Assembly (NCBI GenBank): GCA_010405405.1
Contig: MU004231.1
Span: forward strand, 4,080,884-4,144,883
Direction: 5' to 3'
Origin: Microthyrium microscopicum
Taxonomy: Eukaryota
DNA length: 64,000 bases
Under the pieces are notes generated by a model. The model made no database searches and had not been told where the DNA came from. It was given only the letters and a program-made list of their open reading frames with translations. This document shows positions 1 through 11,627 of this stretch, piece by piece (within the stretch, counting starts at the first letter, position 1; the number at the start of each line of letters is the position of its first letter). The translations under genes and the position numbers were made by a program.

Positions 1-1250
1 GTATCGTGTGCTCTGGGCTGTGGTCATGACCCCGATTTCCATGAGTCCAACGGCGGGCACAGCTATCTACGGTTTCATTGGAAGGGCAGCAGGTGTTACT
101 GCTGCAATGCTGTTGGCTTATGTCAATTGGTATATCGTTGATGGAAAGACTGCTGGAGTCGTAGTGATGTTTTTCTTTTCCATGATGCTGTATTACTTCT
201 TGTTGCTGAAATATCCTCGTTTCATTGTCTTGTTCATCTTGGCTGCTGCAAATCACGTCCTGATCATTGGTAAGTAATATGTCAATTGACAGTGAACTAT
301 GAAATACTTACATATCCCAGGCTATGAGCTTCAGCTATCGGTCAAAGTTCCAACACCAATCGTATCTCCTCAGCGATACTTTCCTGTGTATACCTTAGCT
401 CCTTACCGTCTGCTTTGCGTCCTTGCAGGGTTGTTCGTCGCTTTTATCTTCACTATATTTCCTGTCCAAATATCAGAACACAAAATCCTGCGCAAGGACG
501 TGGGAACTGCCCTTGCATTACTCACTACTTACTCCAGCTCCGTTTCTGCAAGTCTGGATCAACGAATTAGAGGCTTAGAAGGAGATATCAGTCAAGCATC
601 TAGTCCCGGGAGAATACTGAAAGCGACGAGGAATGAAATCTTGTTCAAAGAGCTTGCTCTGTTGAGTAAAATGCGACAGATCTCAGCCATGATTCCTTGG
701 GAGATTGAATTAGGAGGGCGCTTTCCCAAGAGCTCTTATGATCAACTTGTGGATGCAATTCAAAGGTGAGAATCCAAATCACCCTAAGGAAACGTATGAT
801 TTCTGACAATGCTGCAGTTCGATAGCATCTCTCAGCGTGATTGCCTACGTCTCTCAAACATTTCCCAATTTCGAGCATCTCCCGTCCAATGAGTTCGTCC
901 GAGATCATTATACTTCGTCACTGCTCCATCCCACTTCGAACAAAATGGCAACGACGCTTTCGCTCTTAGCTTTGTCGCTATCAACGGGCACCCAGTTGAC
1001 TCCAGGCTTTCCAAGTCCTTTCAAGACACGTCGACAGCGATTTCTTGTTCAGGGAGTCGACAAACTACGCGCACAAATATTGGCTGACCCTAACTTTGAA
1101 GCATTTCTTGTCGTTGATGTTGCTAGTGCCCAGCTACTTCATTCGTTGGAACTTTTGGTCGAAACTACGAGAGAGCTTGTCGGCACGATGAACTTCAGCG
1201 AGGAGGAAAGTTTGGGCACTACTAATCAAGCCTTGGTGGATTCAGTGTGA
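1..1250 (+). CDS. FUSC/ArAE-family (ER 6-TM, Bre4-like) membrane protein, 3' part; 5' end lies outside the window
   Basis: Three ORF segments (8-277, 299-769, 837-1250) joined by GT-AG introns (~270-319, ~766-824). Hydrophobic helices and the family-like motifs 'IIGYELQ', 'LAPYRLLCVLAGLFVAFIFTIFP', 'GGRFPKSSY' and 'ELVG'. Confidence 0.7.
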
Positions 1251-2093
1251 ACAAAGCAACTCAAGGCGATGAGAGGATCCATTCTGTTGTGTTTGAACCA
1301 AACTCAGTAGAATAAAAAATGAGGTTAGTTTCACCAGGCTGTGAGAACCCGATGGGTTTTATTGATAATATAATTCGTATATGACGCATTTCAAATGGGC
1401 CAATGGGTTAAGAATCAAACCAGCATCTTGCACACCAAAACATAGAAGTAGGTAATTCGCATTAGGAGTTGAGAAGCTATTGTCACTTATCTCACTGTAT
1501 TAAGCAATTGTATCTGTCGCATTGCTCGGATTCAGCCGATTGATTGATCTCTGTAAGATTAGTGTTGAGACTGCAGTGTTATTGGTTCATATTGCAGAGC
1601 CTCAGGGGTGTATATATTGACTTGAATCCTACTGAGTGCCATGAAACCAATGTCAGTCCTATTTAGGTTCGGAATGATAACTTTCACGTTGAATTAAATA
1701 GTAAGACCATATTTTCCCTGCTAGTTAGTATCGTAGAAGTAAGAAAGAGCAGCTTCGTCAATTAGAATCTTGAGAATCCGATCGCTTTCCTCGCATACTG
1801 AGTCTTATAGTATTGAGGCAAGTCGCTTGGAAGTTGAAGGTCAGCCTTAAGCGATAGGAATAATGTAATCGTACGTACAACTCATCGCCTCCATAAAGCC
1901 CCTGTACTGTCTGCTTGCTTAGAGATAAAGTCATATTATGGGAACAAATTTAATTAAGTTCTCGAAGATTTCAGGCTAACTCGAAAGATATGATGTGCTA
2001 ACGTGCGCGTATAAAGTCCAAGCACACTCTCCAAAAGTTCTTTTAGTATCATCCTCAAGCTTCTTCTTCTCTTTCTTCATCAGCATAATAAAA

Positions 2094-3612
2094 ATGCTCC
2101 AAAACTTGTACACCATGGCAGTGGTGGGAGCAACATTGGTTGCCGGTCATGGCTATGTCAAGAGCATTGATATTGATGGGACCACGTATGTGCTGATATG
2201 TTTTTCTAACCCAAATGAGATCTAACACCAATACAGATATCCTGGGTATGTCCCGTTCAACGATTCAGAACATAGATTCTGGTGTCTTGCTTACAAAAAG
2301 TTACAGATATATGCCCATGGTCGATAAGATCTTTGAGCCATCTGGGCTAAAGCGTGTTGTTTGGGTGAGAATATCTTCGTCGGCAGAATGACTCGAGCTC
2401 ACATGTCAAAGGGAGCTCCAGAACAGAATACTTTTGGTGTTGGACCGGTTGTTGATGTAAAGATCTGTCTTCTTGACTCTTCGCGAACCCTTGAGTTGAC
2501 AAAATTGTAGGTAGCATCACCAGATCTTGCTTGTCGAGCTGGAGCGGTCCCAGGGGCTTTGACAGCACAAGCCAGAGCAGGCAGCAAATTGGTATTTCAA
2601 TGGTAAGAAAAGCCATGGATGAGAAGTGATCCTAACAGGTATATTGACTTTCATATAGGAGTGACTGGTTCAGAAGTCATAAAGGCCCTATCCTGACGGT
2701 TCGTGCAAACCAAATATCACTATAGTATCATTTCCTGACTTGGACGTCCAGTACATGGCTCGTTTCGACAGTCCCAAGAAGCCCCAGGACCTTGAGTTCT
2801 TCAAGATCGACCAGAGTGGCTATGACCAGCAAACCCACACCTGGGCAACAGATTTACTCATCAAGCAGAACAACACCTGGTCTCTAACCATTCCAAGTGA
2901 TATCAAGCCTGGTAAATACGTCGTACGCCACGAGCTTATCGCTTTGCAATTCGCCAGCGCAGGGAACCCTCTGGGCGCTGGGACTACTACTACAGGCGCG
3001 CAGCTCTATCCCATCTGTGTTAATGTTGAGGTCACTGGCACAGGAACCACGACTCCAGCGGGTGTCAGATTTCCAGGTGCCTACAGTCCAAAGGACCCTG
3101 GCATTCTATATGACCTCTACTATGGTATGACTTACTTCCACCTCAGGTATTGACATCGGGCTAACAGCTTATTAGGTGCAAATACCTACCCGCTCCCCGG
3201 CCCATCAGTCTATCAAGGCAAACACGATCCTCCAGTGGGTCCCGTGCCTGTCGTAAAGAACGTAGGCGAAGTGACTACCACATCTGACGAAGTATATGCT
3301 CAGGCAGTCAGCATTGCAGACAAGGAGTTCAAGACCATACAATCCACTGTCGATAAAGCGCTTCCAGGAGGCGGCGGATGTCATTGGGACGTGGATGCTA
3401 ACGGAAAGGAGATTGCGGGAACCAACAAATGTACGAATCCGAATGAAGGCTTGCCGCTGGATATGCTCGATGCCCCAATTGTAACTGGAAATTATCCAGG
3501 TGGAGCAGCATACAAGGGCGACAAGACCAACAATCTCGGTGTAGGAACTAGCCAAATCAACGGTATTTTCGGGAAGGCGGCCAGTATCAAGGGACGTCGA
3601 ATGGCTTGGTGA
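2094..3612 (+). CDS. AA9 (GH61) lytic polysaccharide monooxygenase with C-terminal extension
   Basis: Signal peptide MLQNLYTMAVVGATLVAG is followed by mature N-terminal His (HGYV). Spliced exons give the second His (SHKGPILTYMAR), FFKIDQSG, YVVRHELIAL, GAQLYPICVNV (axial Tyr) and FPGAYSPKDPGI. Seven short introns. Confidence 0.93.
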
Positions 3613-3897
3613 TTCTATCTCGAGATGCTGCGTTGAGAAGACCAGCGCTTGTGCGCTGCTTCCAGTGTGATCAATTTTTTGAGTTTCGTTACATTTCTCG
3701 GGTAGTGAGGTACCATGATTTCGGATCAATGCACTTACTAGTTCTAGTTCCTGTTGAAAATGACTTCTTGAGCACTATATTAGATTTCAGTCCTTAAAAG
3801 ATATTACGGCTGTACTACTCAGTTTAGTGCGTTGTTGTCATGATCTTCATTTTGTTCGTGAATCATAAGAGCGAAGCAAGAGGGCTAACCAACTTCC

Positions 3898-5324
3898 TCA
3901 GTACCAATACTTGCTCCAAACCGCCCGCTCCTCGGGCGTTCCATCGAACGCGAATGATATCTGTATTATTTCCGAAAAGCCTTCCCCGAGCTTTGGCTCC
4001 TGATATCGTGAGGCAAATGAATTGAAAGCTAGGCCTGGAAGAATGGCTCTCGCTTCTGGATTCAGTTCAGAAAGCCCAGAAAGCGCTCTAACACTATCAT
4101 TGTGTCTCGCAAGGTCTTTAGAGGCTGTGAAGTGAGCACAGCGTATGGGAACCCCGTGCTTCACACCTAAAGCTATCCAGGCTTTTCGACCATCTCGATC
4201 TGGATTGGTGCTGTCAATAGCAACCGACTTTCCGCTCAAGAGAGATTCGCCAGCGACTTTAAAACATTTTTCTCTAGATTTCAGAAGATCCTGATTGACT
4301 CTCTCATAGCCTGAAGGCTGTAGATATTTGCGAAAGAATGTGGACTTTCCAGCGCCTGGAAAACCAACGAATAAGATAATCTCTTTGGAAGCTGATGGTT
4401 GAAATTGAATTGAGATTACAGCAGCCTCGTCTGAGCCATCCACAAATGAAGTTGGTTCAATGGTCCGAACAAACTCTCGAGAAGCCTCGCCGAGAAAGTA
4501 TTCTTCTGGCGTTTCGAAGCGCATACCAATATTCGCGGCAAAATTGCGATCTGAGCATGAAAAGTCGGCCTTGACCACCTTTCCATTAAAGGTGCCAGCA
4601 GGTCGACCTCCAGCATCGCCAACGAATATGGATTTCTCCCAATCGATGTCGTCTTTTGTGAGATTGTGATCGCGAAGGAACTCATCCCAGATCCCGGTGG
4701 ATGGTTTTCTGAACTTGTCTCTCTCCGTGGCAGCGTATAGACTTATAGGAAGATTCAAGGCATTGAAAACGGCACCGGCTTTCTGCTTGAATTGCGAAAA
4801 TCGGTCATTCTTGACAATCTTAGGCGCATTTTTCGGCGGTCGAAGAGATATGCCGTTTTGATTGCTGATAATCACTATCGTATAGCCATCATCATGGAGC
4901 GTTTTCAGTTTTGAGGGAACTGTGCCATGCCACCAGCACCAGTCGTTTGCGTCTTTCGCGAATTTGAGCTTCGAGGCAGTGCTGATTAAAGTTGAATCGA
5001 AGTCGAAGATTGCTATCTTTCGCTTGGTCGGTGTTTCACTCGTTTCGCCAGTTCCTGCTTCTGAAGCAATATATTTGCCTATTATGAGACTCGAATCGAC
5101 TGTTCTCCAAGATAGCTTTTCGGCTTTGGCTACTTTTTGTGATGCAGGTTGAAAGAAGTTTGAGACGGCTTGTTCTACAATAAAGATGAGCTTCCAGACT
5201 GGCTTAGTTCTCCTCATTCCTTACTGGTAGTTGTAGAGATCTGTTTCGCAGCGCGCTTTGAAGGTGGAGGGGAGACTTCGCCGCGGCCGGTATCGTTCGC
5301 GCGTTTCTTCGATATAGAGCTCAT
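3898..5324 (-). CDS. pnk1: Bifunctional polynucleotide kinase 3'-phosphatase (PNKP/Pnk1)
   Basis: HAD motif FDFDSTL, IISNQNG, RKPSTG, FVGDAGGR, DFSCSDRNFA and P-loop GFPGAGKST. First exon MSSISKKRA... starts at 5324, with an intron at ~5175-5224. Confidence 0.95.
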
Positions 5325-6182
5325 GTCAGAGCGGTGAGGCAGGAGGTGAAAGATGTTTGGTCGTCGGAGTTTATTTGATGAAGGCGAGGCCAGACGGGCA
5401 GTTCTCTGGGCTCCGATGAGCATCGATTGATGGTTCTGTGGTCTTGTAAAAAGTGAGGTTCAAACTAACTGGCGGAAAGAACGCGCGAGGTCGCGACGCG
5501 CTTCCGTTGAGCCTTTGAGGTGCAGGGCTCGGCTTCTTCTCACTTGAACACTTCAATCCTTCTCTTTACAATCCAAGCAATTCACTACTACGGTCCCTTA
5601 ATTGTTACTTGAAAGACAAGAGCGATAACACTTTCTTCGTAATTCACCATCTTCTTAATAGACTACTCACTGTATGATCTACTATTTGTGTTGATTTGCA
5701 ACGCCACCGACCCCAATTCGTGTACAAAATGGCCCCATCCACCCCGCCAAAATAAGGCTGACGATTACTTGTAATCGCAAGATTTCTATGGTCAAATGCA
5801 TTCCGAGCCCCCAAAATCCCCAGATCTCTGCACGTTGCTGGCTGCCAGCCTGCTTTGCCACTCGCTATTAAGCTCGTTGGCTGGCAGTTGACAGCCCAAT
5901 GGACGAGACAGATCGAAGGATCTCACATTGATCAGAAAGAAGGCGCATATGTTGACGTCGGCACAAAAACCTTAACTGAACGACATCAGTCTGATCAGAG
6001 ATTTGTTGTAATCATCGCTGATAGTATTATATTCATTATATGCAAGGCATTGTGCCAGACTCCATGTCGCCAAAGTTCCATAAAAAGCCGCCTTTGCGCC
6101 ATCCAGCGTTCATGTAGACTAAAGGGACTTCCTGTTATTGGATATATCGCGGTCCATTTATTTCATTCGAATCTGGACACTT

Positions 6183-7676
6183 CTACTCGAGCGTATCCAA
6201 GACAGATCCCACCTGCCCAGGAACCACCATTCTTAAAGCTGGCCATATAGTCTGCATCACACGGAAGCCAACTGGCAGAGGGCCTTTGGGAGGTCCCAAT
6301 AGCTCCATGGGGTGGCCCTCTCCTTCAGGGGATGGCACATGCCGTGTAGAAAGATGTGGGATCGTCGGCGAGTAGTACATGGTAAGGTATAGGCCCGATT
6401 TGGCTTTGGCTGAGAACGACAGGTATTGGTGAGTTCCTGGAGAGTATGGCATCTCGCTTTCCATGCTATTACTTGGTTAGTACAATATACTTCTTCTCGC
6501 TCAAGAGACTTACAAGATTTCTGAAACGTCATTACTGTATGATTTAGCCCGATCGTTCCATCCCTGCTTGCTGAAGAATGCACTGAGCGCATCGGTGAGT
6601 TGCTGATCTGTCTTTGCGTAGTGCCACATTGGGAAGTAGATCTTGGTTGTTGGAAGAGCCTCGCCAGTCTTGAATTCGAAGCCTGTGACAAAGCCACTGC
6701 GTGGGTGCATGATATTTGGCAACTCCATATCCTCAAATCCAGTTTCGGGTAGGTTGAAGAGCAGTTTCCAGACATCTGCGAGTGCGTCCAGACTTTTCAG
6801 AATTGCAGCGTCCTTGATACGTCCTCCCATTGTGTAGATATCCTTAATCTTGTTGAATGTGTTGTTGAAGGAGTTGACGTAGATCTTGGCGCGAGCTCGC
6901 TTCTTGTCTACATTGTCGATAGCAAGCATTTCGATTTGCCCGTGTGTAAGTGGCCCACCACTATTCAAGTATTCCTCGAAAGCGTCCAGACTTGGGTTCA
7001 TGTCGATACCATCTCCGTTCAAGCCGCGCACAGTTTGAATGACGAGATCTCCCTGGTTCACTGCTAGGAGTCTGGCTTGCATATGAGGGAAGAAATATGC
7101 CTTTGACTCGATCTTGTCCTTGAGCAAATCGAAAGCCACAAAACAAGTGGGTGGTTTTGGCCCTTGTGGAGGACCTTGTGCGAGAAGCATCATGTTGATG
7201 ACATCTTTGGGGACATAAAGTTGCTTGACGCAGTGATAGAACCAGTCATCTTGAATGTCTGGCATGGTTGTCTTGAGCTTCCGCATCAAGTCAATAGCAG
7301 CGAGTTGGTTGAAAACGTCTTCCCGTGATCCCACGTTCCGGCCAATGGGTTCAACTGTAAATCGAACAGTGCTCTTGTTTCCTTGTAGATTCCAGCTTGG
7401 TTGAAATGGCGATGCGCCAGGGGTCACTTGGGCTCGCCATTTTCGTGGTTTGCCCTGCTCTGGTCGCTCACCCAAGGATGGCAGTATAAATCTGTGATAC
7501 CAACTTAGGTACGTAAACTGTTGCTCGGTTGTGTATTCCGCCTTGACCAGAAACTTTCCCAGTACGGGTGCTGTGCACTTCCACCAAAACTCCTCATCCG
7601 CATTGTTGAAGCCGAGAATGGAGCCGAGGGTCTCCCATGGCTTTGACACTGGGACGATTGGGTGTCCGTTAGACAT
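6183..7676 (-). CDS. DMATS-superfamily (ABBA) aromatic prenyltransferase
   Basis: 'FWWKCTAPVLGKFL..AEY', 'SWN..STVRFTVEPIG', 'FVAFDL', 'KAYFFP', 'KIYV', 'KIYFP', then after the usual single 3' intron (~6466-6514) 'THQYLSFS..GLYLTMYY'. Confidence 0.93.
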
Positions 7677-9824
7677 GATGAGGGTAAGAATAAATGTATG
7701 GTGGAGGAACAATATCTCATGAGAAAAGGGACGCAACACTGAACAGCTCCAGCATCGCGGGATTACGTCCCCCTAGCCATTCTTATCCAGCAACGCCAGG
7801 TTGAGCTGACTGATAACAACAGCCCAAAAGCCGCCAAAGTTTGGCGCCAATTGCTCCCAGTAACATGGTCTAGATTCGGTCTCACCGTGTGGAAGACCCT
7901 CAAGAAGACCCTTAAAATCCTGGTTGGCTTTGAGAATGTTCTGAAGTGCAGCAGTGGGAGGATGGCGTCGTGCCAAAGCCCAAAGGGTAATGGTGTTTAA
8001 ACTCCTTCGGTCAAGGTACGATCAAAGCTTGAATCGACTCGTGGATTCGAACGTCGGCCACGCTACTGCTTGTGAAAACGAAAGCCAAGACAGCAAACAG
8101 GAACGGTGATCCAAATAAAAGTAAGGCTAAAAGGAGATATTTGGGCGGCGTACCAGCATTTACCGTTCTCGTGGCTTGACTTGGCCTCCCTAAAGGCTGA
8201 AGAAAGCTCCGCATGTCTGTGGTCCGTGAGAACGTCTCTGGCAGGGCTGTTTTTTTAGCAAAAGAGTCGAAAGACCCATCTTTTTCACGGTGAATTCCGC
8301 AAGTCATGCATTATCGATAACTCGATATGACATTGCTCGAGAATGAAGCAAAAAATCTCATTGAACATTACAAGCACATCAGAAGTTTTCGCTATGGCTA
8401 CGAGTACTGTTGGTCCCCTCCCAAGGTTCTTTTCGGGGTAAGTGAGCCTATGTCAGTACGAAGTATGTAAGATAGCAAACACATCGTCTTGCAGAGTGCG
8501 CTCTAAGGCGATAGAGTAAGAAAGCATGCTAGAGATAGCGATTTAAACTCTATTTTGCCAACAAGTATGTTGAAGCTGAGTGAGTGAGTAGAAACGCCGG
8601 TAGCACTGCAGTCTTGGAGTCTTGGTATTTTCTATCTCGCCCCTTTTCCCTGTGCCTCGTTTCGACTCTCGAGGATTACTAGCGTTTTATGAGCTGTAGC
8701 TAATTCCGGAGCTACTTGCAGAGTACCATTTTACCACGCTTATAAACAGATTACTCGAACATGATTGGCTACGATTTGCTCAAGTAGATTTTTTTCAGAG
8801 AATCGGATATGTCAACGTAAAGGTACACACTTTGTCGCTAGGTTTACAGTACAGCTTACGGAGTCCAGGCTGTGTACACGAGGGCCCACGAGCTAATCCA
8901 AAGCATAAATGTTCCAGTTAACCACTAGTATTCTCTGCCAAGAGCTTAGAAGAGGTTGGCATGTTACACCATCTCCCGACATTACTTGAGAAAAGATCTC
9001 GAAGGACCCGGATCATGCATAGTTCCAGCTTACACCGTCAAGTACCTGATTAACTCATATGAGGCTTGAGCTATGGATCACGCATCACGATCTCGCCAAT
9101 CTTTTCACCACGAGCAGGGGAAGATATAGTTCGTGACGTCTAGACTTGGATCATTATACAGTATCTAGATTGGTTCTGGAATGGTATAAACGGTGCTCAG
9201 CAACGAACTGAGCAATATTTTTGTTGTTCTAGGAATCCAGGGGCGTGGTTCTGCGGCCTGCCCAGCCTTATACGGTAAGCCCAGCTAGCCTCATTAGTGC
9301 CTGCCAAGTGGACATCTCAGCCTGATGAGATGCAAGCTACGTGTGGGTAGCCACATGGCGGCTAGGATCGTTATTGCCCACCTAGTAAGATCCTCAGCCT
9401 GATAAGGTGCAAGTTGCACTGGCTCATATGCCTGTCACATAGCTGTCAGAGTTGTGTTCGATAGTGCTCTGGCAGACAGGCATGACACGATAGGCAAATT
9501 TGAGATACTGGATAAAGTCGAGCTTGCTAAAACTTTCAACACTTTCTTATCTTTCTAACCTCAAGTTACCTTTGGATCAAGCACTGAAGGCAGTTACATT
9601 TGGGGGCGCTTGGCTTCAAATACTCTACCATTACATCACGAGCGCATTTAGTTTCAAGTATTTTCTTAATATTCTTTTATATAAATCTGCCAATCTACGG
9701 GGAATCTAAGCAGCTAATCAGGATGATTGTAAATTCATACCGTCCCAACGCCAAGCTATGCACCAAACCAAACCCACTAAGCACTACAAGTCTTTGAGTG
9801 TTCCACTTCCTTCTGAATTGTGGA

Positions 9825-11627
9825 CTAGTAAATATATCTGAAGCGAGGATTTTTCTTGTCCGTGAGACCAGCCCATGATTGTTCAGTGGTGAGTGCGACG
9901 CCACCAGTATCGTCTTCTAGGGCGACCTGTCTCTCTTTCCGGTCTCGAATACGATTTTCCCATAGGTAATATTGCCACAGAATGACAAAGAGAACAGCAC
10001 ACATAGCTTGAGTTGCGAGAACAGTGATCTTGGCTGGGAGGTAGCCTTTTGCCTTGTCCTTGGCCTGGAAAGTTTGAGGTCCGATGATATTACCGCTGAA
10101 CTGGTATTAGTATATGTTTCAAGTCGAGAAGCTGGGTCTGATCCTTACATTCCATGGCATGCTGCCATCATGCCTGCCATAAAAGCACGTTTTGTGTGCC
10201 CAGACACGTTACTCATGGACCACTGTTGGACTACCGTCGTGATTGTATAAATGGCCGGAACCATGTAGATGCCGATGAGACTTCCGATTTTATTTGGTTG
10301 CGGGAGGAATGAAAGGATTGATGCCCCAATAATGCCAGCTGTCTATGATTAGAACAAACAGTCTGCGAATTGAAGTGTTGTACTTACGAACTGTCAAGCC
10401 GACAGCCCACATCCATCGATTCGACGTTCTGCGAATACCAAATCCAACTGTTAGGTTGGTGATGATACCAGTAATACCGGTAGGCATGTTCAGCAGAGAT
10501 GTTTGTTTGTTCTTATATCCCAGATCATGAATAAGTGTGGTAGAATAGGTTCCTGTGAGACCAGACGACATGGAAGAAAAGATACCCGGGAAGACCAGCA
10601 AATAGATCTGGGGATCCTTGAGGGCTTCCATAATCTGCCAATATTGTGCTTTGCTGTTCGAAATACCGGTCATGTTCACACTAACATGATTGAGTTGTGC
10701 GACCTTTTCTTCGGTGGTAAGGAACTTTGCGTTCATGGGCGTATCGGGAAGCCAGAGAAATGTAAGAGCACCGACGAACATTGTAAGAACACCCAGGACA
10801 ATAAACATAAGTCTCCAGCCTACAAGGTACCTTCCATCGCGAGGGATATCTTGGAAAGCGAAAGAAAGGAGACCGCCTAGGATTTGACCGACACCAGGAG
10901 CGCAATGCCATATAGCAAATCGAGGAGCCTGTTCCGATTTGGTGTACCATTGTGCTGTGATTAGCATCAACGATGGAGCGATTGTTGCTTCACAGATAGC
11001 CAAAAACACTCTAGTAGTCAACATGCCAGCAAAGTCATTGACGAACGCAGTGCATATGGTGACGATACCCCAGCCGAAGACACATGTCGACAGCCATTTT
11101 GATGCAGGGAATTTTTGGATGAGAAACGCTTTTAACAATCAGTGAGAGCCAACACAGCATTGAAAAGTACTGTACCATTGGGCACTTGCATGAGCAAATG
11201 TGCCACGGCGTATGCTGAAGCAATGTGGGAGAACTCATTGCCTTTTAGTTTGAGATCCTTTTTGATACCCATGACTGCTGTGTACTAATGAACATTAGTA
11301 TCCGAACAATGTCTTTTGCGTACTCCAAAGTCTTACATTGTACACAGCTTTGTCCAGGAACTGCATGATGAAACATGCGGCCATGATTGACACAACATTG
11401 CGATCAATCTTGTGTCTTAACTTGCTGATATCGATATGTGATGTATCAACGTCTTTGTGTATGAATAGAAAACTGGCCGCCGGATCGAGGTTATCGTCTT
11501 TGAGTTCCTCTGACGTTATACTATTTGATTCGCCAACAACCTTTGGAGATTTCCCTTCGTCCGAACCGGTTTCCTCGACCTGTTCTACTCTTTCGAGCTT
11601 TTCTGGATGCCCAGCCTTGCCAGACAT
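9825..11627 (-). CDS. MFS allantoate/ureidosuccinate permease (DAL5-like, ACS family)
   Basis: 'LRHKIDRNVV..MQFLDKAVYN', 'QWYTKSEQAPRFAIW', 'LPDTPMNAKFL', 'GNIIGPQTF' and the terminal 'WAGLTDKKNPRFRYIY*'. Several introns. Confidence 0.92.

Noticed and set aside
9322..9345. CTGATGAG resembling a hammerhead ribozyme core
   Set aside because: No stem II followed by GAAA downstream, so the conserved core cannot be completed.
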